A DNA stretch of 20,000 nucleotides from an uncultured virus (IMG/VR IMGVR_UViG_3300045996_002278) (IMGVR_UViG_3300045996_002278); one strand, 5' to 3'; shown: positions 1 through 7,342, counted from the first letter of the stretch. Notes: a model not told the origin generated them from the letters alone. Translations and numbers: made by a program.

Positions 1-10
1 TTGACCGTGG

Positions 11-1558
11 TCATAGGGGAACGGACGCACCGCCGATGGTAGCCCCGAACGAGACTTGTCTAATAAAGTTCCAGTACACCGCCGAGTCGCCCTTGTCCGG
101 CGACCGCTTGAGCTTTTTACGAATTTCTTCTTTATCCTCGATGTAGATCTTTCCTCCCCTTACACCCCACCTTACTACCGTGAGGTCCTGGAGAAGCTCG
201 TCATCGTCTGGTAGGGCGATCTTGCCTTCCTGGACATCGAGCCGCATGATCCAGTACATCTGGGCACGGAGGTTGAGGAACTTTTCAGACTTGGTACGCC
301 GTAGCTCGAGGGGCTTGGCCCCGCCGTTGAGGCCCACGATGTGGATGCCCAACCGGGTCAGCTCATTGACCGCCGAGCCACCCACGCCGATCGGGTCACA
401 CCCGACCCGGCGGGCGCGAATGCCGCCCGACTGAATCCAGGGGTGAACATCCCGTCTGGCCCACGCCGCCGCATCGGGACAGGGCTTGGGGATCAGCTCG
501 AGGAGGACGGCGCCCTTGCCACGGGCTACGCAGCTCTTGTCGCCCTTGGGGCTGTTGGCGACGTCTAGCCCGAGCGCGGCCTCGCCCTTCTCCTGCAGGA
601 GCTGCCGTTCCTCGACCGACTTGTTAACGCACTTCTGGAGCCAGTCCCGGCGGATCAGGGAGTCGGTCGCCTGCTGCGGCGACTGGCCGCGGACACGGGA
701 GAGGTAGAGGTTGGACTCCTCACCGTACTCGACCTTCCGCTCCTCCACCTTCTGGAAGGACACGGCGCCCGGAATCATCTGCTCCTTCGTCACCACGTTC
801 GGGTGGTCCAGGGCGGAGATGACGACGTGGGTGACGTTGTCTCGCTCGCAGAACTGGTGAAGGGTGTCGAACTGGTTGTCCGGGTTGCCCAGCCCCAGGA
901 TCAGGTTGTGGGGGTCCACGCAGGTGTTCACCACGGCGGTGAGCACGGCGTTGTCGATACCCGGCATTTCCTCCATGATGAACAGCATGTGAGCCGCGTG
1001 GAAGCCCTGGGCCTTGGTGGCGGACTCTTCGTCCGCACCGACGCCCACCGGGAAGCCCAGCATGATCCATTCGTCTCGCATCGGGCGGACCCGGATGCGC
1101 ATGGTGTCCAGGGTGGCGTTGGGTCGCCGTGCCTGGAACCGTGGCCAAAGGGACTGGATTTCCTTCCACAGGTTCAGCTTGAGCTGGTCAGCCTTCGGTG
1201 CGAGGGTGATGATGAGGCTGTTCTCGAAGGCGTCGAGGAACCACAGCCCGATGCCGGCGGCCAGGCGGGTCTTGCCCGTCCCGGTGCCGGACTCGACACC
1301 CACCCACTTGCCGTTGGACAGCTCGTCGCAGATAACCTTGAGGGGGTTGACCGACCCGTCCCACTCCCGGTTCTGGTACTCCGGGAGGAGGGTCCAGTCC
1401 AGGCTCCATGGGTCGAACTTCAGGACTTCGGTGAGGTAGAGGTAGGCGGACTTCTTGTGCCGGGCCGCGGTAATGGTCCGGTTCTTCCGGCTCTCTCCAC
1501 CTTCGAGGGAGACGCAGAAGTCATCCAACACCCGGTTGAACAGGGTATCGTCGCCCAC
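11..1558 (-). CDS. terL: Phage terminase large subunit
   Basis: 515 aa, GTG start. Walker A (ESGTGTGKT), Walker B (LFIMEE), coupling motif GLGNP, RNase H-like nuclease motifs LGLDVA..GDKS and C-terminal RSPDKGDS. Confidence 0.93.
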   Translation of the reverse strand: MGDDTLFNRVLDDFCVSLEGGESRKNRTITAARHKKSAYLYLTEVLKFDPWSLDWTLLPEYQNREWDGSVNPLKVICDELSNGKWVGVESGTGTGKTRLAAGIGLWFLDAFENSLIITLAPKADQLKLNLWKEIQSLWPRFQARRPNATLDTMRIRVRPMRDEWIMLGFPVGVGADEESATKAQGFHAAHMLFIMEEMPGIDNAVLTAVVNTCVDPHNLILGLGNPDNQFDTLHQFCERDNVTHVVISALDHPNVVTKEQMIPGAVSFQKVEERKVEYGEESNLYLSRVRGQSPQQATDSLIRRDWLQKCVNKSVEERQLLQEKGEAALGLDVANSPKGDKSCVARGKGAVLLELIPKPCPDAAAWARRDVHPWIQSGGIRARRVGCDPIGVGGSAVNELTRLGIHIVGLNGGAKPLELRRTKSEKFLNLRAQMYWIMRLDVQEGKIALPDDDELLQDLTVVRWGVRGGKIYIEDKEEIRKKLKRSPDKGDSAVYWNFIRQVSFGATIGGASVPL

Positions 1559-1747
1559 TTAGGCGTCTCTCCAACCCTGCCAGCGCCAGTTGACACCGTA
1601 GATACTGCAGCCGACGAGGATGCCTGCCCCGATGTTGGACCATTCGAAGCGTGACTGAAGCTCTGGGGGCGGTGGTCCGCCCCACGAGGCGAGCTTGCCG
1701 ATGTAGAGGGAATGGAACCACCAGCCCCCGGGCGCGCGGGCGATCAT
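1559..1747 (-). CDS. Hypothetical protein (62 aa, MIARAPGGWW...)
   Basis: ATG overlaps the upstream TAA (TAATG), GGAGGAG Shine-Dalgarno, stop abuts the terL start. Confidence 0.55.
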   Translation of the reverse strand: MIARAPGGWWFHSLYIGKLASWGGPPPPELQSRFEWSNIGAGILVGCSIYGVNWRWQGWRDA

Positions 1748-2046
1748 TACTCCTCCGCCTTCAGGAACAGGTCGTTGAACTCGTCTTCCTTGAGGTGGGT
1801 GATCTTTCCATGGGGGTGGAAGATCAGCCACTCGTACAGCATGACCTTCTGGGACCAAAGGCCGGTGGGACCGGGATACTCGGCAAAGAGGATGGCCGCC
1901 GTCTCAAAGCTCGAGCCCAGCACGGCCGGGTCGAACCGGAGGCGGACCCCCTGGTGCATCAGCCACCGCCGGGTATCGGCCGGCAGGTAACGATCCAGCT
2001 CAACCGCCTTGTAGCGGATGGCCTTGGGGATAACGGTCTGGATCAT
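1747..2046 (-). CDS. Hypothetical phage protein (99 aa, MIQTVIPKAIRYKAVE...)
   Basis: GGAGGAG SD and ATGA overlap with the upstream gene. Start trimmed relative to the ORF track. Confidence 0.7.
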   Translation of the reverse strand: MIQTVIPKAIRYKAVELDRYLPADTRRWLMHQGVRLRFDPAVLGSSFETAAILFAEYPGPTGLWSQKVMLYEWLIFHPHGKITHLKEDEFNDLFLKAEE

Positions 2047-2303
2047 CGGCTCCTCCGATACCGGTGCTTGGTGTGCCACCACAGCTGAAAGAAGCCGAGC
2101 TGCCAGATGTACAGGCATGAGTCCAGCCTCGGCAGAATCCAGAGCTTGTAGAAGTATGGCAGCCGGACCACGTGGATGGTTGTCCGACCGGAGATGATGT
2201 CCTCGAGCCGGTAGATCAGGAGCCAGAGCCACCAGCACACCAACCCGGTGGCCACCCAGTACAAGGTCCAGATAACGTCCGGGTTGATGTCGACGTGGAT
2301 CAC
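2043..2303 (-). CDS. Hypothetical membrane protein (86 aa)
   Basis: GTGA overlap with the upstream stop; hydrophobic Trp-rich N-terminal segment. Confidence 0.6.
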   Translation of the reverse strand: MIHVDINPDVIWTLYWVATGLVCWWLWLLIYRLEDIISGRTTIHVVRLPYFYKLWILPRLDSCLYIWQLGFFQLWWHTKHRYRRSR

Positions 2304-2476
2304 CCCAGCTCCTTGATCAGCTTCTCGATCCGGAGATAGTGGTTCAGCGCGGCCTTCAGCTCGGGGCTGGGATTGCGCTGGTCCATGGCCGCGTCCACCA
2401 GCCGCAGCCGCGCCTGGGTCATCCGACCCTTGAGCGACTGGCGCTGGTGGTAGGTGGCGCGATCGCCGGGGGTCAC
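2300..2476 (-). CDS. Hypothetical protein (58 aa, MTPGDRATYHQ...)
   Basis: GTGA overlaps at both ends, consistent with translational coupling in the operon. Confidence 0.6.
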   Translation of the reverse strand: MTPGDRATYHQRQSLKGRMTQARLRLVDAAMDQRNPSPELKAALNHYLRIEKLIKELG

Positions 2477-2742
2477 TTGGCGTTGACCGTCTTGACCAGC
2501 TGCTCCCACTCGATGCGGGCAGCCTCGAGGTTCTTCTGGACCCGGGCCAGGAGCTCGATCACGTCAGTCGGCACCCCGTTCACCGGGTACTTCAGCTTGA
2601 TCCGATCCTCCGCCCACTTGTCCAGCTGGCCCAGGCTCTGGGTAAAGGAATCCGTCGCCCCCTGGCTCAGGGGGTCCGCCGGCGTCTGCTGCATCGGGTT
2701 CCCCTGGACCTGATTGATCGAGCCCGCTACCTTCCCCTCCAT
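2473..2742 (-). CDS. Hypothetical helical protein (89 aa)
   Basis: GAGGGAGG SD upstream of ATG; coupled to the next gene; overlaps the low-complexity tail of the TerS-like gene. Confidence 0.6.
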   Translation of the reverse strand: MEGKVAGSINQVQGNPMQQTPADPLSQGATDSFTQSLGQLDKWAEDRIKLKYPVNGVPTDVIELLARVQKNLEAARIEWEQLVKTVNAK

Positions 2743-3529
2743 CTTCGCCTCCCTCGTTAAGAATGATTTCGTCCAGCTGCCCGGTCAGTTGCTCCTGCGT
2801 CCGGCTGGGCAGCTCGGGCCGGTTGGCCAGGTGCCGGATGCGACGGGTTAGGGCCGACAGGATGTGGGGGTCGTGAACCTCCTCCACGATCGCCTGTTGG
2901 ATCAGCCCCATGAAGGTGATCATCTGCTTGCTGTTGATGTACGTCTGGAGGGCTTCCTCGCGCCGGCGCTCCGTGTCCGCCAGTTTGCGGCGCAGCTCGA
3001 TCCATTCCTGGATCTCGGCCCAGTGCTGGTGGTCGGTCTTCTTCAGCTCTAGGGCAGATTCGAGCAGGGCAGTGCTGAGAAGAATATCCCCTAGCTTATT
3101 ATCATCTACCGCTTTTCTGAGCTTGCGGATACCGTCAACGATCAGCTGCCAGGCGTGGGGAATCTCACCCGACTCCAGTCGCTCAAGGAGTTCACCCACC
3201 CGGGCGTCGGTGAGCCGCATCTCGGCGTTAAGGGAGAGGAGGTCGTGATCTCCCGCGAAAGTGTCCAGCATCTCCACCAGGCGGGCTGGTATCTTCCGAG
3301 CGTAGCCGCGGCCGTAGAAGTGCTCGGGGCCAAAGTCGAACCTCCGGTCTACTGGTGTGGCGCCCCCGTGATGCTTGCAACGATCCCGGCCGGTGACCGG
3401 GTAGTTGTGGCAATAAAGATCTTCTCCGGTAGTACCACGCCCCTGAAGAACGGCGTTGCACCTGCCCGCGGCAGGCTTACGCTTGTCCATCCGGTTCTCG
3501 TGGTTGGGAGCTGGGACGTTGGTCGGCAT
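2564..3529 (-). CDS. Putative terminase small subunit (HGG-motif Cys/His N-terminus)
   Basis: RCNA...YC...GRDRCKHHGG motif typical of HGGxSTG-type phage proteins, followed by a helical region. First gene of the operon that leads to terL. Confidence 0.65.
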   Translation of the reverse strand: MPTNVPAPNHENRMDKRKPAAGRCNAVLQGRGTTGEDLYCHNYPVTGRDRCKHHGGATPVDRRFDFGPEHFYGRGYARKIPARLVEMLDTFAGDHDLLSLNAEMRLTDARVGELLERLESGEIPHAWQLIVDGIRKLRKAVDDNKLGDILLSTALLESALELKKTDHQHWAEIQEWIELRRKLADTERRREEALQTYINSKQMITFMGLIQQAIVEEVHDPHILSALTRRIRHLANRPELPSRTQEQLTGQLDEIILNEGGEDGGEGSGLDQSGPGEPDAADAGGPPEPGGDGFLYPEPGPAGQVGGGSDQAEVPGERGAD

Positions 3530-3869
3530 GGGTAAGACTCTATGAACTGGTGGAGCTCGGATGACACCCCCTAGTTCAGGGTTTAGAGATCTTACTACAC
3601 ACTAGAGGAGGAAAGCTACAGAAATTTCTAGAAAAATTTTGGAGGGTGCCCCCTGGACCTGGGGCTGTATCCCGTTATACGAGAACGCAATGCCTATTTG
3701 AGAAGCTTCCCCTACCAGGGTTTCGAAGGCAATCCCGAAGGGTATAGGTACGTCAGTGCACCTGCCTCCTAATATCCGTACCCTGGATATGAATGTTCTA
3801 AGTACAAAGCTTTTTCTAAAACTTTAGTTTCCCGTATAGGATACGCGTGCCGATACAGTGGGGCGTCAA

Positions 3870-4270
3870 CGTTTCATTATGAAAAATACCCCTCCCATAC
3901 CTTATAAATATTCATCCATAATGTATAATTATAAATTGAAATGTATAAATGAACCTAAGTCCTTTAAAATCAATAAGTTATAAATGATCCTGGAATGGCA
4001 TTATGCATAATGTGAATAAAAAGTAAACGAAATGTATATTTATGAATAGGATTAATGGGTTATGAAAACAGCCTATCTTAATACAAAAAAGTTACTGGCA
4101 TATACATATTGAATTTCTTATATTCATTTCAAGTTAAATGATTAATAAAAATTAGTTAGTCAATAGTAATTAAAATTGTTACAAAACAAAGTATTGACAA
4201 AAAGATAATAAACGATTAAATTATTCCTAAGTTAAATGAAAGGAAAATACAAATAAGAATAAAAAGTTTG
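3870..4270. other. AT-rich non-coding island at the divergent junction (candidate origin, packaging or regulatory region)
   Basis: Lines 3901-3960 and 4141-4200 have only 11 and 10 G+C per 60 nt, against GC-rich flanks. Contains palindromes and short direct repeats. Confidence 0.8.
4194..4222 (+). promoter_or_regulatory. sigma70-type early promoter
   Basis: TTGACA (4194-4199), 17 nt spacer, TAAATT (4217-4222); A/T-rich UP-like sequence upstream; precedes the rightward gene array. Confidence 0.75.
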
Positions 4271-4340
4271 AGAAATACCGGCCGGGCGGCTCCCGGATCA
4301 ACCTGGGCACCTGGTGTGCCCCCAGAACGGAGAATGACAT

Positions 4341-4592
4341 ATGGCGAAGCGTGGATACCAGTTCATGGTCGACAGCGCCGACCTGCAGGCGGGCGTGCGC
4401 AAGGTCCCCCTGGACTACAAGCCGGAGCAGACCCAACAGCTGTACGCAACGTACTCGGTCGCGCGCCTTAACCTGTTCGCGGAGCACCGCAAGGTTATCG
4501 TGGCCCACCAGCAGATGATCCAGGATTGGGTGACGATCAAGCTGGAGGACGTGCCGACCCTCGAGCTGGCCGAGGAGCAGGAGACCGCGTAA
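4341..4592 (+). CDS. Hypothetical protein (83 aa)
   Basis: First ORF after the promoter; ACGGAG SD-like site; GC-rich third codon positions. Confidence 0.8.
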   Translation: MAKRGYQFMVDSADLQAGVRKVPLDYKPEQTQQLYATYSVARLNLFAEHRKVIVAHQQMIQDWVTIKLEDVPTLELAEEQETA

Positions 4593-4599
4593 GCGGGGC

Positions 4600-4623
4600 G
4601 GGGGACCGGGCAACCGGTCCCCC
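4600..4623 (+). terminator. 10-bp GC hairpin with GCAA tetraloop (weak terminator or stabilising hairpin)
   Basis: GGGGGACCGG-GCAA-CCGGTCCCCC just after the stop codon; only a short T tract follows. Confidence 0.45.
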
Positions 4624-4629
4624 AGCTTT

Positions 4630-4678
4630 CCTCCGCGCTGTAGGGCGCGTACGGCCCGGTGCAACTCCGGGGCGGAGG
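4630..4678 (+). ncRNA. tRNA-like mini-element 1
   Basis: CCTCCGC/GCGGAGG stem; internal CTGTA/TACGG hairpin; T-arm CCCGG-TGCAACT-CCGGG. Confidence 0.65.
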
Positions 4679-4721
4679 GCTGGTAGTGCAGCATGGGTTC
4701 CATCCCCAACTGGAGGTCCAG

Positions 4722-4877
4722 ATGTACCAGGTTTTCTACGGCCAGCACTGGCTCCGCTCCCGGAGCAAGACGTTCCCCACGAAGGCACTGGCCCTCAAGT
4801 TCGCCCGCCAGCGCAAGACCCCGTACGTCCGCGTGATCCGAATCCAGCGCGACGTCGTGTGGTCCCGGGGGAGCTGA
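4722..4877 (+). CDS. Small basic protein (51 aa, MYQVFYGQHW...)
   Basis: TGGAGG SD 5 nt upstream of ATG 4722. Confidence 0.7.
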   Translation: MYQVFYGQHWLRSRSKTFPTKALALKFARQRKTPYVRVIRIQRDVVWSRGS

Positions 4878-4892
4878 CCCCCCAGCAGAATC

Positions 4893-4935
4893 CCCTGGTT
4901 CCCGGCGCACTGGAGGTTCGATTCCTCCGCCAGGG
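4893..4935 (+). ncRNA. tRNA-like mini-element 2
   Basis: CCCTGGT/GCCAGGG stem; 12-nt linker TCCCGGCGCACT; T-arm GGAGG-TTCGATT-CCTCC. Confidence 0.8.
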
Positions 4936-4980
4936 CTGCAGGCCCCGCAGTAGAACGGAGAACTTTAACTGGAGGTACAG

Positions 4981-5127
4981 ATGAGACCCCTGCTTGCCGC
5001 GGTATGCGTGCTCGTGATGGTGGGTGCAGCGATGGCCCAGATCACGAAGGCGCTGCCCCTCGAGTTCGCCGCCGTGCTCTCGGTGACGGCGTTCCTGGTG
5101 CTGATTACCAAGTGCGGGGAGGCGTAA
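4981..5127 (+). CDS. Small two-helix membrane protein (48 aa, MRPLLAAVCVLVMVG...)
   Basis: TGGAGG SD; two hydrophobic stretches. Too short to appear in the ORF track. Confidence 0.7.
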   Translation: MRPLLAAVCVLVMVGAAMAQITKALPLEFAAVLSVTAFLVLITKCGEA

Positions 5128-5133
5128 TCCCCC

Positions 5134-5250
5134 ATGCTCAGCCCTGAGCGGTACCAGCTGCTCCTCCACCTGCTTGGAAAGGCGTGGGAGCTGAAGTCCC
5201 AGCACCTGCACAACATGACGCTAGCGATGGCGCAGGTTCACCAGCAGTAG
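5134..5250 (+). CDS. Hypothetical micro-protein (38 aa, MLSPERYQLL...)
   Basis: GGAGG upstream; fills the gap between neighbouring genes. Confidence 0.55.
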   Translation: MLSPERYQLLLHLLGKAWELKSQHLHNMTLAMAQVHQQ

Positions 5251-5268
5251 CAAGGGAGGCTACACCAG

Positions 5269-5451
5269 ATGTTCCACACGCTTGTGGAGGCGCACCACGC
5301 CCTGAACGCGTGGCTCAGCGCCCCGAACCGCGGGGGATGCTGCGGGTGGACCTTCGGCGTCCCCAGCACCAAGGGCAGCATGGTGTACAGCTACACGATC
5401 ATCTCCGGGGTCGACAAGACCATGCACGCCCCGATCCCCTGGATGCAGTGA
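5269..5451 (+). CDS. Hypothetical protein (60 aa)
   Basis: GGGAGG SD; present in the ORF track. Confidence 0.7.
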   Translation: MFHTLVEAHHALNAWLSAPNRGGCCGWTFGVPSTKGSMVYSYTIISGVDKTMHAPIPWMQ

Positions 5452-5494
5452 ACCTGGCCCAGGTGCAGCTGGGGGTTCGACTCCCCCACCAGGT
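5452..5494 (+). ncRNA. tRNA-like mini-element 3
   Basis: ACCTGG/CCAGGT stem; 12-nt linker CCAGGTGCAGCT; T-arm GGGGG-TTCGACT-CCCCC. Confidence 0.75.
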
Positions 5495-5530
5495 TTGGCA
5501 GGTGCAGTTCCACTCCAACAGGAGGTCCAG

Positions 5531-5656
5531 ATGAACCGCGAGTATCTCGACAAGCTGTTTTCCTGGTTTACGGGCGCGCCCCAGCTGCCGACCCTGTTCA
5601 TGCTTCGGCAGCGGCGCCAGGAGTACTACCGCTCGTTCGGGCTGCGCCGGAGGTAG
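5531..5656 (+). CDS. Hypothetical micro-protein (41 aa, MNREYLDKLF...)
   Basis: AGGAGG SD 5 nt upstream of ATG. Confidence 0.7.
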   Translation: MNREYLDKLFSWFTGAPQLPTLFMLRQRRQEYYRSFGLRRR

Positions 5657-5695
5657 CAGCAGCTGAGGTTCCAATCCTCGTAGGAGGTACAGCAG

Positions 5696-5893
5696 ATGAC
5701 GGAGCGTGAACAACTGCTCGCCCGCGTGGCTGCGAAAAAGTTCGCCAGCCGTCTAAAGACGGAGCGCTGGGCCGAGCCGATCCCCATGGAGTGGGAGAAG
5801 CTGTCCGACGAGCAGGTACGCTATGCGATCGAGGTGCTGCCACAGTTCGGCGTGCACCGACGCCCCGACCTGAAGTGGGAGGCATCCTGGTAG
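5696..5893 (+). CDS. Hypothetical protein (65 aa)
   Basis: TAGGAGG SD; present in the ORF track. Confidence 0.75.
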   Translation: MTEREQLLARVAAKKFASRLKTERWAEPIPMEWEKLSDEQVRYAIEVLPQFGVHRRPDLKWEASW

Positions 5894-5903
5894 CAGCATA
5901 ACC

Positions 5904-5946
5904 GGCCGGCCACGGGCGCACTGGAGGTTCGACTCCTCCGCCGGCC
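5904..5946 (+). ncRNA. tRNA-like mini-element 4
   Basis: GGCCGGC/GCCGGCC stem; 12-nt linker CACGGGCGCACT; T-arm GGAGG-TTCGACT-CCTCC. Confidence 0.8.
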
Positions 5947-5995
5947 CATGCAGGTACAGCAGCACGGGTTCCACTCCCAACTGAAGGAGCAGCGC

Positions 5996-6238
5996 ATGGC
6001 CACGCAAGTCCGCACGTTCCGGCTCTCGATTCTGCTCGAGGCCCCACTGAAGCACCTCCGCGGGTACAAGTTCGAGGCCCGACTGGTCCGCGTGATCACG
6101 ACCGCGCTGAACCCCGACAAAGTGAAGGACACGTTTTTCCAGCAGACGATCGAGCAGCTCAAGATCCCGCACGAATACATATCGGGCTACGAGTGGAGGG
6201 AGATGAAGCCCGGTGAACTGGTCCCTATGAGCAGCTAA
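5996..6238 (+). CDS. Hypothetical protein (80 aa, MATQVRTFRL...)
   Basis: AAGGAG SD before ATG 5996. Confidence 0.75.
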   Translation: MATQVRTFRLSILLEAPLKHLRGYKFEARLVRVITTALNPDKVKDTFFQQTIEQLKIPHEYISGYEWREMKPGELVPMSS

Positions 6239-6282
6239 CGACAGGAGGATCTATGCGTAGGGCCGCGTAAAAAGCCGCGGCA

Positions 6283-6330
6283 GCTGGGAGGACGACAGGC
6301 GTCCGTGCTGGTTCGAGTCCAGCCCCCAGT
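6283..6330 (+). ncRNA. tRNA-like mini-element 5
   Basis: GCTGGG/CCCAGT stem; internal GGACG-ACAGG-CGTCC hairpin; T-arm GCTGG-TTCGAGT-CCAGC. Confidence 0.75.
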
Positions 6331-6378
6331 GTGCAGGACAAGCAGCATGGGTTCCAACCCCAACAGGAGGTACAGCTT

Positions 6379-6507
6379 ATGCAGGTGCCCGACCAGCTTC
6401 TCGTGCGCTGTCCCGATTGCGGCCAGCTGCACCGTCCCCTGTACATCGGTAAGCTCGTGGATCAGCTGTTCATCCAGTGGCTCGCCGACAACAGTTCGAC
6501 CAACTGA
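6379..6507 (+). CDS. Micro-protein with CPDCGQLH motif (42 aa)
   Basis: AGGAGG SD; CxxC motif. Confidence 0.65.
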   Translation: MQVPDQLLVRCPDCGQLHRPLYIGKLVDQLFIQWLADNSSTN

Positions 6508-6518
6508 AGGAGCAGCAC

Positions 6519-6698
6519 ATGCAAGCGTACCACTGGAAGCTCCGGCTCCAGGTGCAGGGCCGGCTGGTCGAGGAGCTGGAGATCAAGCTCGTGGCGCACA
6601 GCGAGCAGGACTCCAAGCACCTGATCGAGATGTACCTGGCACCCCAGTTCCCCATCATGAAGTGGACCCTGCTCAACATCGAACCGGAGGATAAGTAA
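6519..6698 (+). CDS. Hypothetical protein (59 aa, MQAYHWKLRL...)
   Basis: AAGGAG SD before ATG 6519. Confidence 0.7.
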   Translation: MQAYHWKLRLQVQGRLVEELEIKLVAHSEQDSKHLIEMYLAPQFPIMKWTLLNIEPEDK

Positions 6699-6872
6699 AT
6701 GCGCGTACAAATCGAGGGCCGCCAGCTGATCCTCACGATTGATCTGGACAACGTGGCGGGCCACACGTCGAACGGGAACATCTCAATCGCCAGCACCCAC
6801 GGCTGGCTGAAGATCGAGGAGGGCGTCAGCTTGTCCCTCAACTTGGTCAAGAAAGTGAAGGCCAACTCATGA
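6699..6872 (+). CDS. Small beta-rich hypothetical protein (57 aa, MRVQIEGRQLILTIDL...IASTHG...LSLNL)
   Basis: GGAGG SD; coupled to neighbours at both ends; resembles a widespread small 'IAST.G...LN' protein family. Confidence 0.75.
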   Translation: MRVQIEGRQLILTIDLDNVAGHTSNGNISIASTHGWLKIEEGVSLSLNLVKKVKANS

Positions 6873-7099
6873 AATGGCAGGAGCTGAACGACGAGCTGAT
6901 CGGCTGGCACGTGGACGAGGTGATCGAGTGCCTGGACGTCAAGCCGACCACCGAGCGCGCCCTGATGCTTGCTGCTCCGACAGCATATATGGACGACCAG
7001 GTTGAGCTGGAGACCGTGTGGGAGCAGCTGGAATCGGAGGTCCAGCAGGACATCATCCTCGCGCAGCGGAAGCAGATCGCGGATCTGATGGGTAAGTAG
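6869..7099 (+). CDS. Hypothetical acidic protein (76 aa)
   Basis: ATGA overlap; present in the ORF track. Confidence 0.75.
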   Translation: MKWQELNDELIGWHVDEVIECLDVKPTTERALMLAAPTAYMDDQVELETVWEQLESEVQQDIILAQRKQIADLMGK

Positions 7100-7128
7100 C
7101 AGGATGGTCTGTTAAATGCGGCACAGGT

Positions 7129-7173
7129 TGGCCGGCCGTTCCTGGGGCACGGGGTTCGACTCCCCACCGGCCA
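7129..7173 (+). ncRNA. tRNA-like mini-element 6
   Basis: TGGCCGG/CCGGCCA stem; T-arm GGGG-TTCGACT-CCCC; followed by a CTCCCCAC/GTGGGGAG hairpin (7174-7195). Confidence 0.75.
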
Positions 7174-7228
7174 CTCCCCACAACTGGGTGGGGAGCACAA
7201 CGGAGAACCTCAGCATCAGAGGTGTGCC

Positions 7229-7342
7229 ATGCAATACTACGAGCATGAAGGCTTGCCGGCCGCTCCATCGGTGGAAGCGTCCATTACCCAGGCCCTGCTG
7301 ATCATCCAGCGCAGGATCGTGGGCAGCAGGAGGACCACGTGA
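7229..7342 (+). CDS. Hypothetical micro-protein (37 aa)
   Basis: GAGGTG SD; stop overlaps the next start (GTGA). Confidence 0.55.
   Translation: MQYYEHEGLPAAPSVEASITQALLIIQRRIVGSRRTT

Noticed and set aside
1..14. Start of the next minus-strand gene (ATGA overlap with the terL stop), possibly portal
   Set aside because: Only four codons are visible, so no product can be supported.
4630..7173. Canonical tRNA gene cluster, suggested by the GGTTCGANTCC motifs
   Set aside because: Elements are only 43-49 nt with no room for D and anticodon arms; the acceptor-like stem closes 12-18 nt upstream of the T-arm.
4630..7173. CRISPR array
   Set aside because: Repeats are not identical, spacing is irregular (hundreds of nt), the intervening sequences are SD-led ORFs, and no cas genes are visible.
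4893..7173. attP or tRNA 3'-end duplications left by integration
   Set aside because: Each copy has its own complementary 5' strand close by, which a copied tRNA 3' end would lack, and there is no integrase in the window. Not fully excluded as an evolutionary origin.
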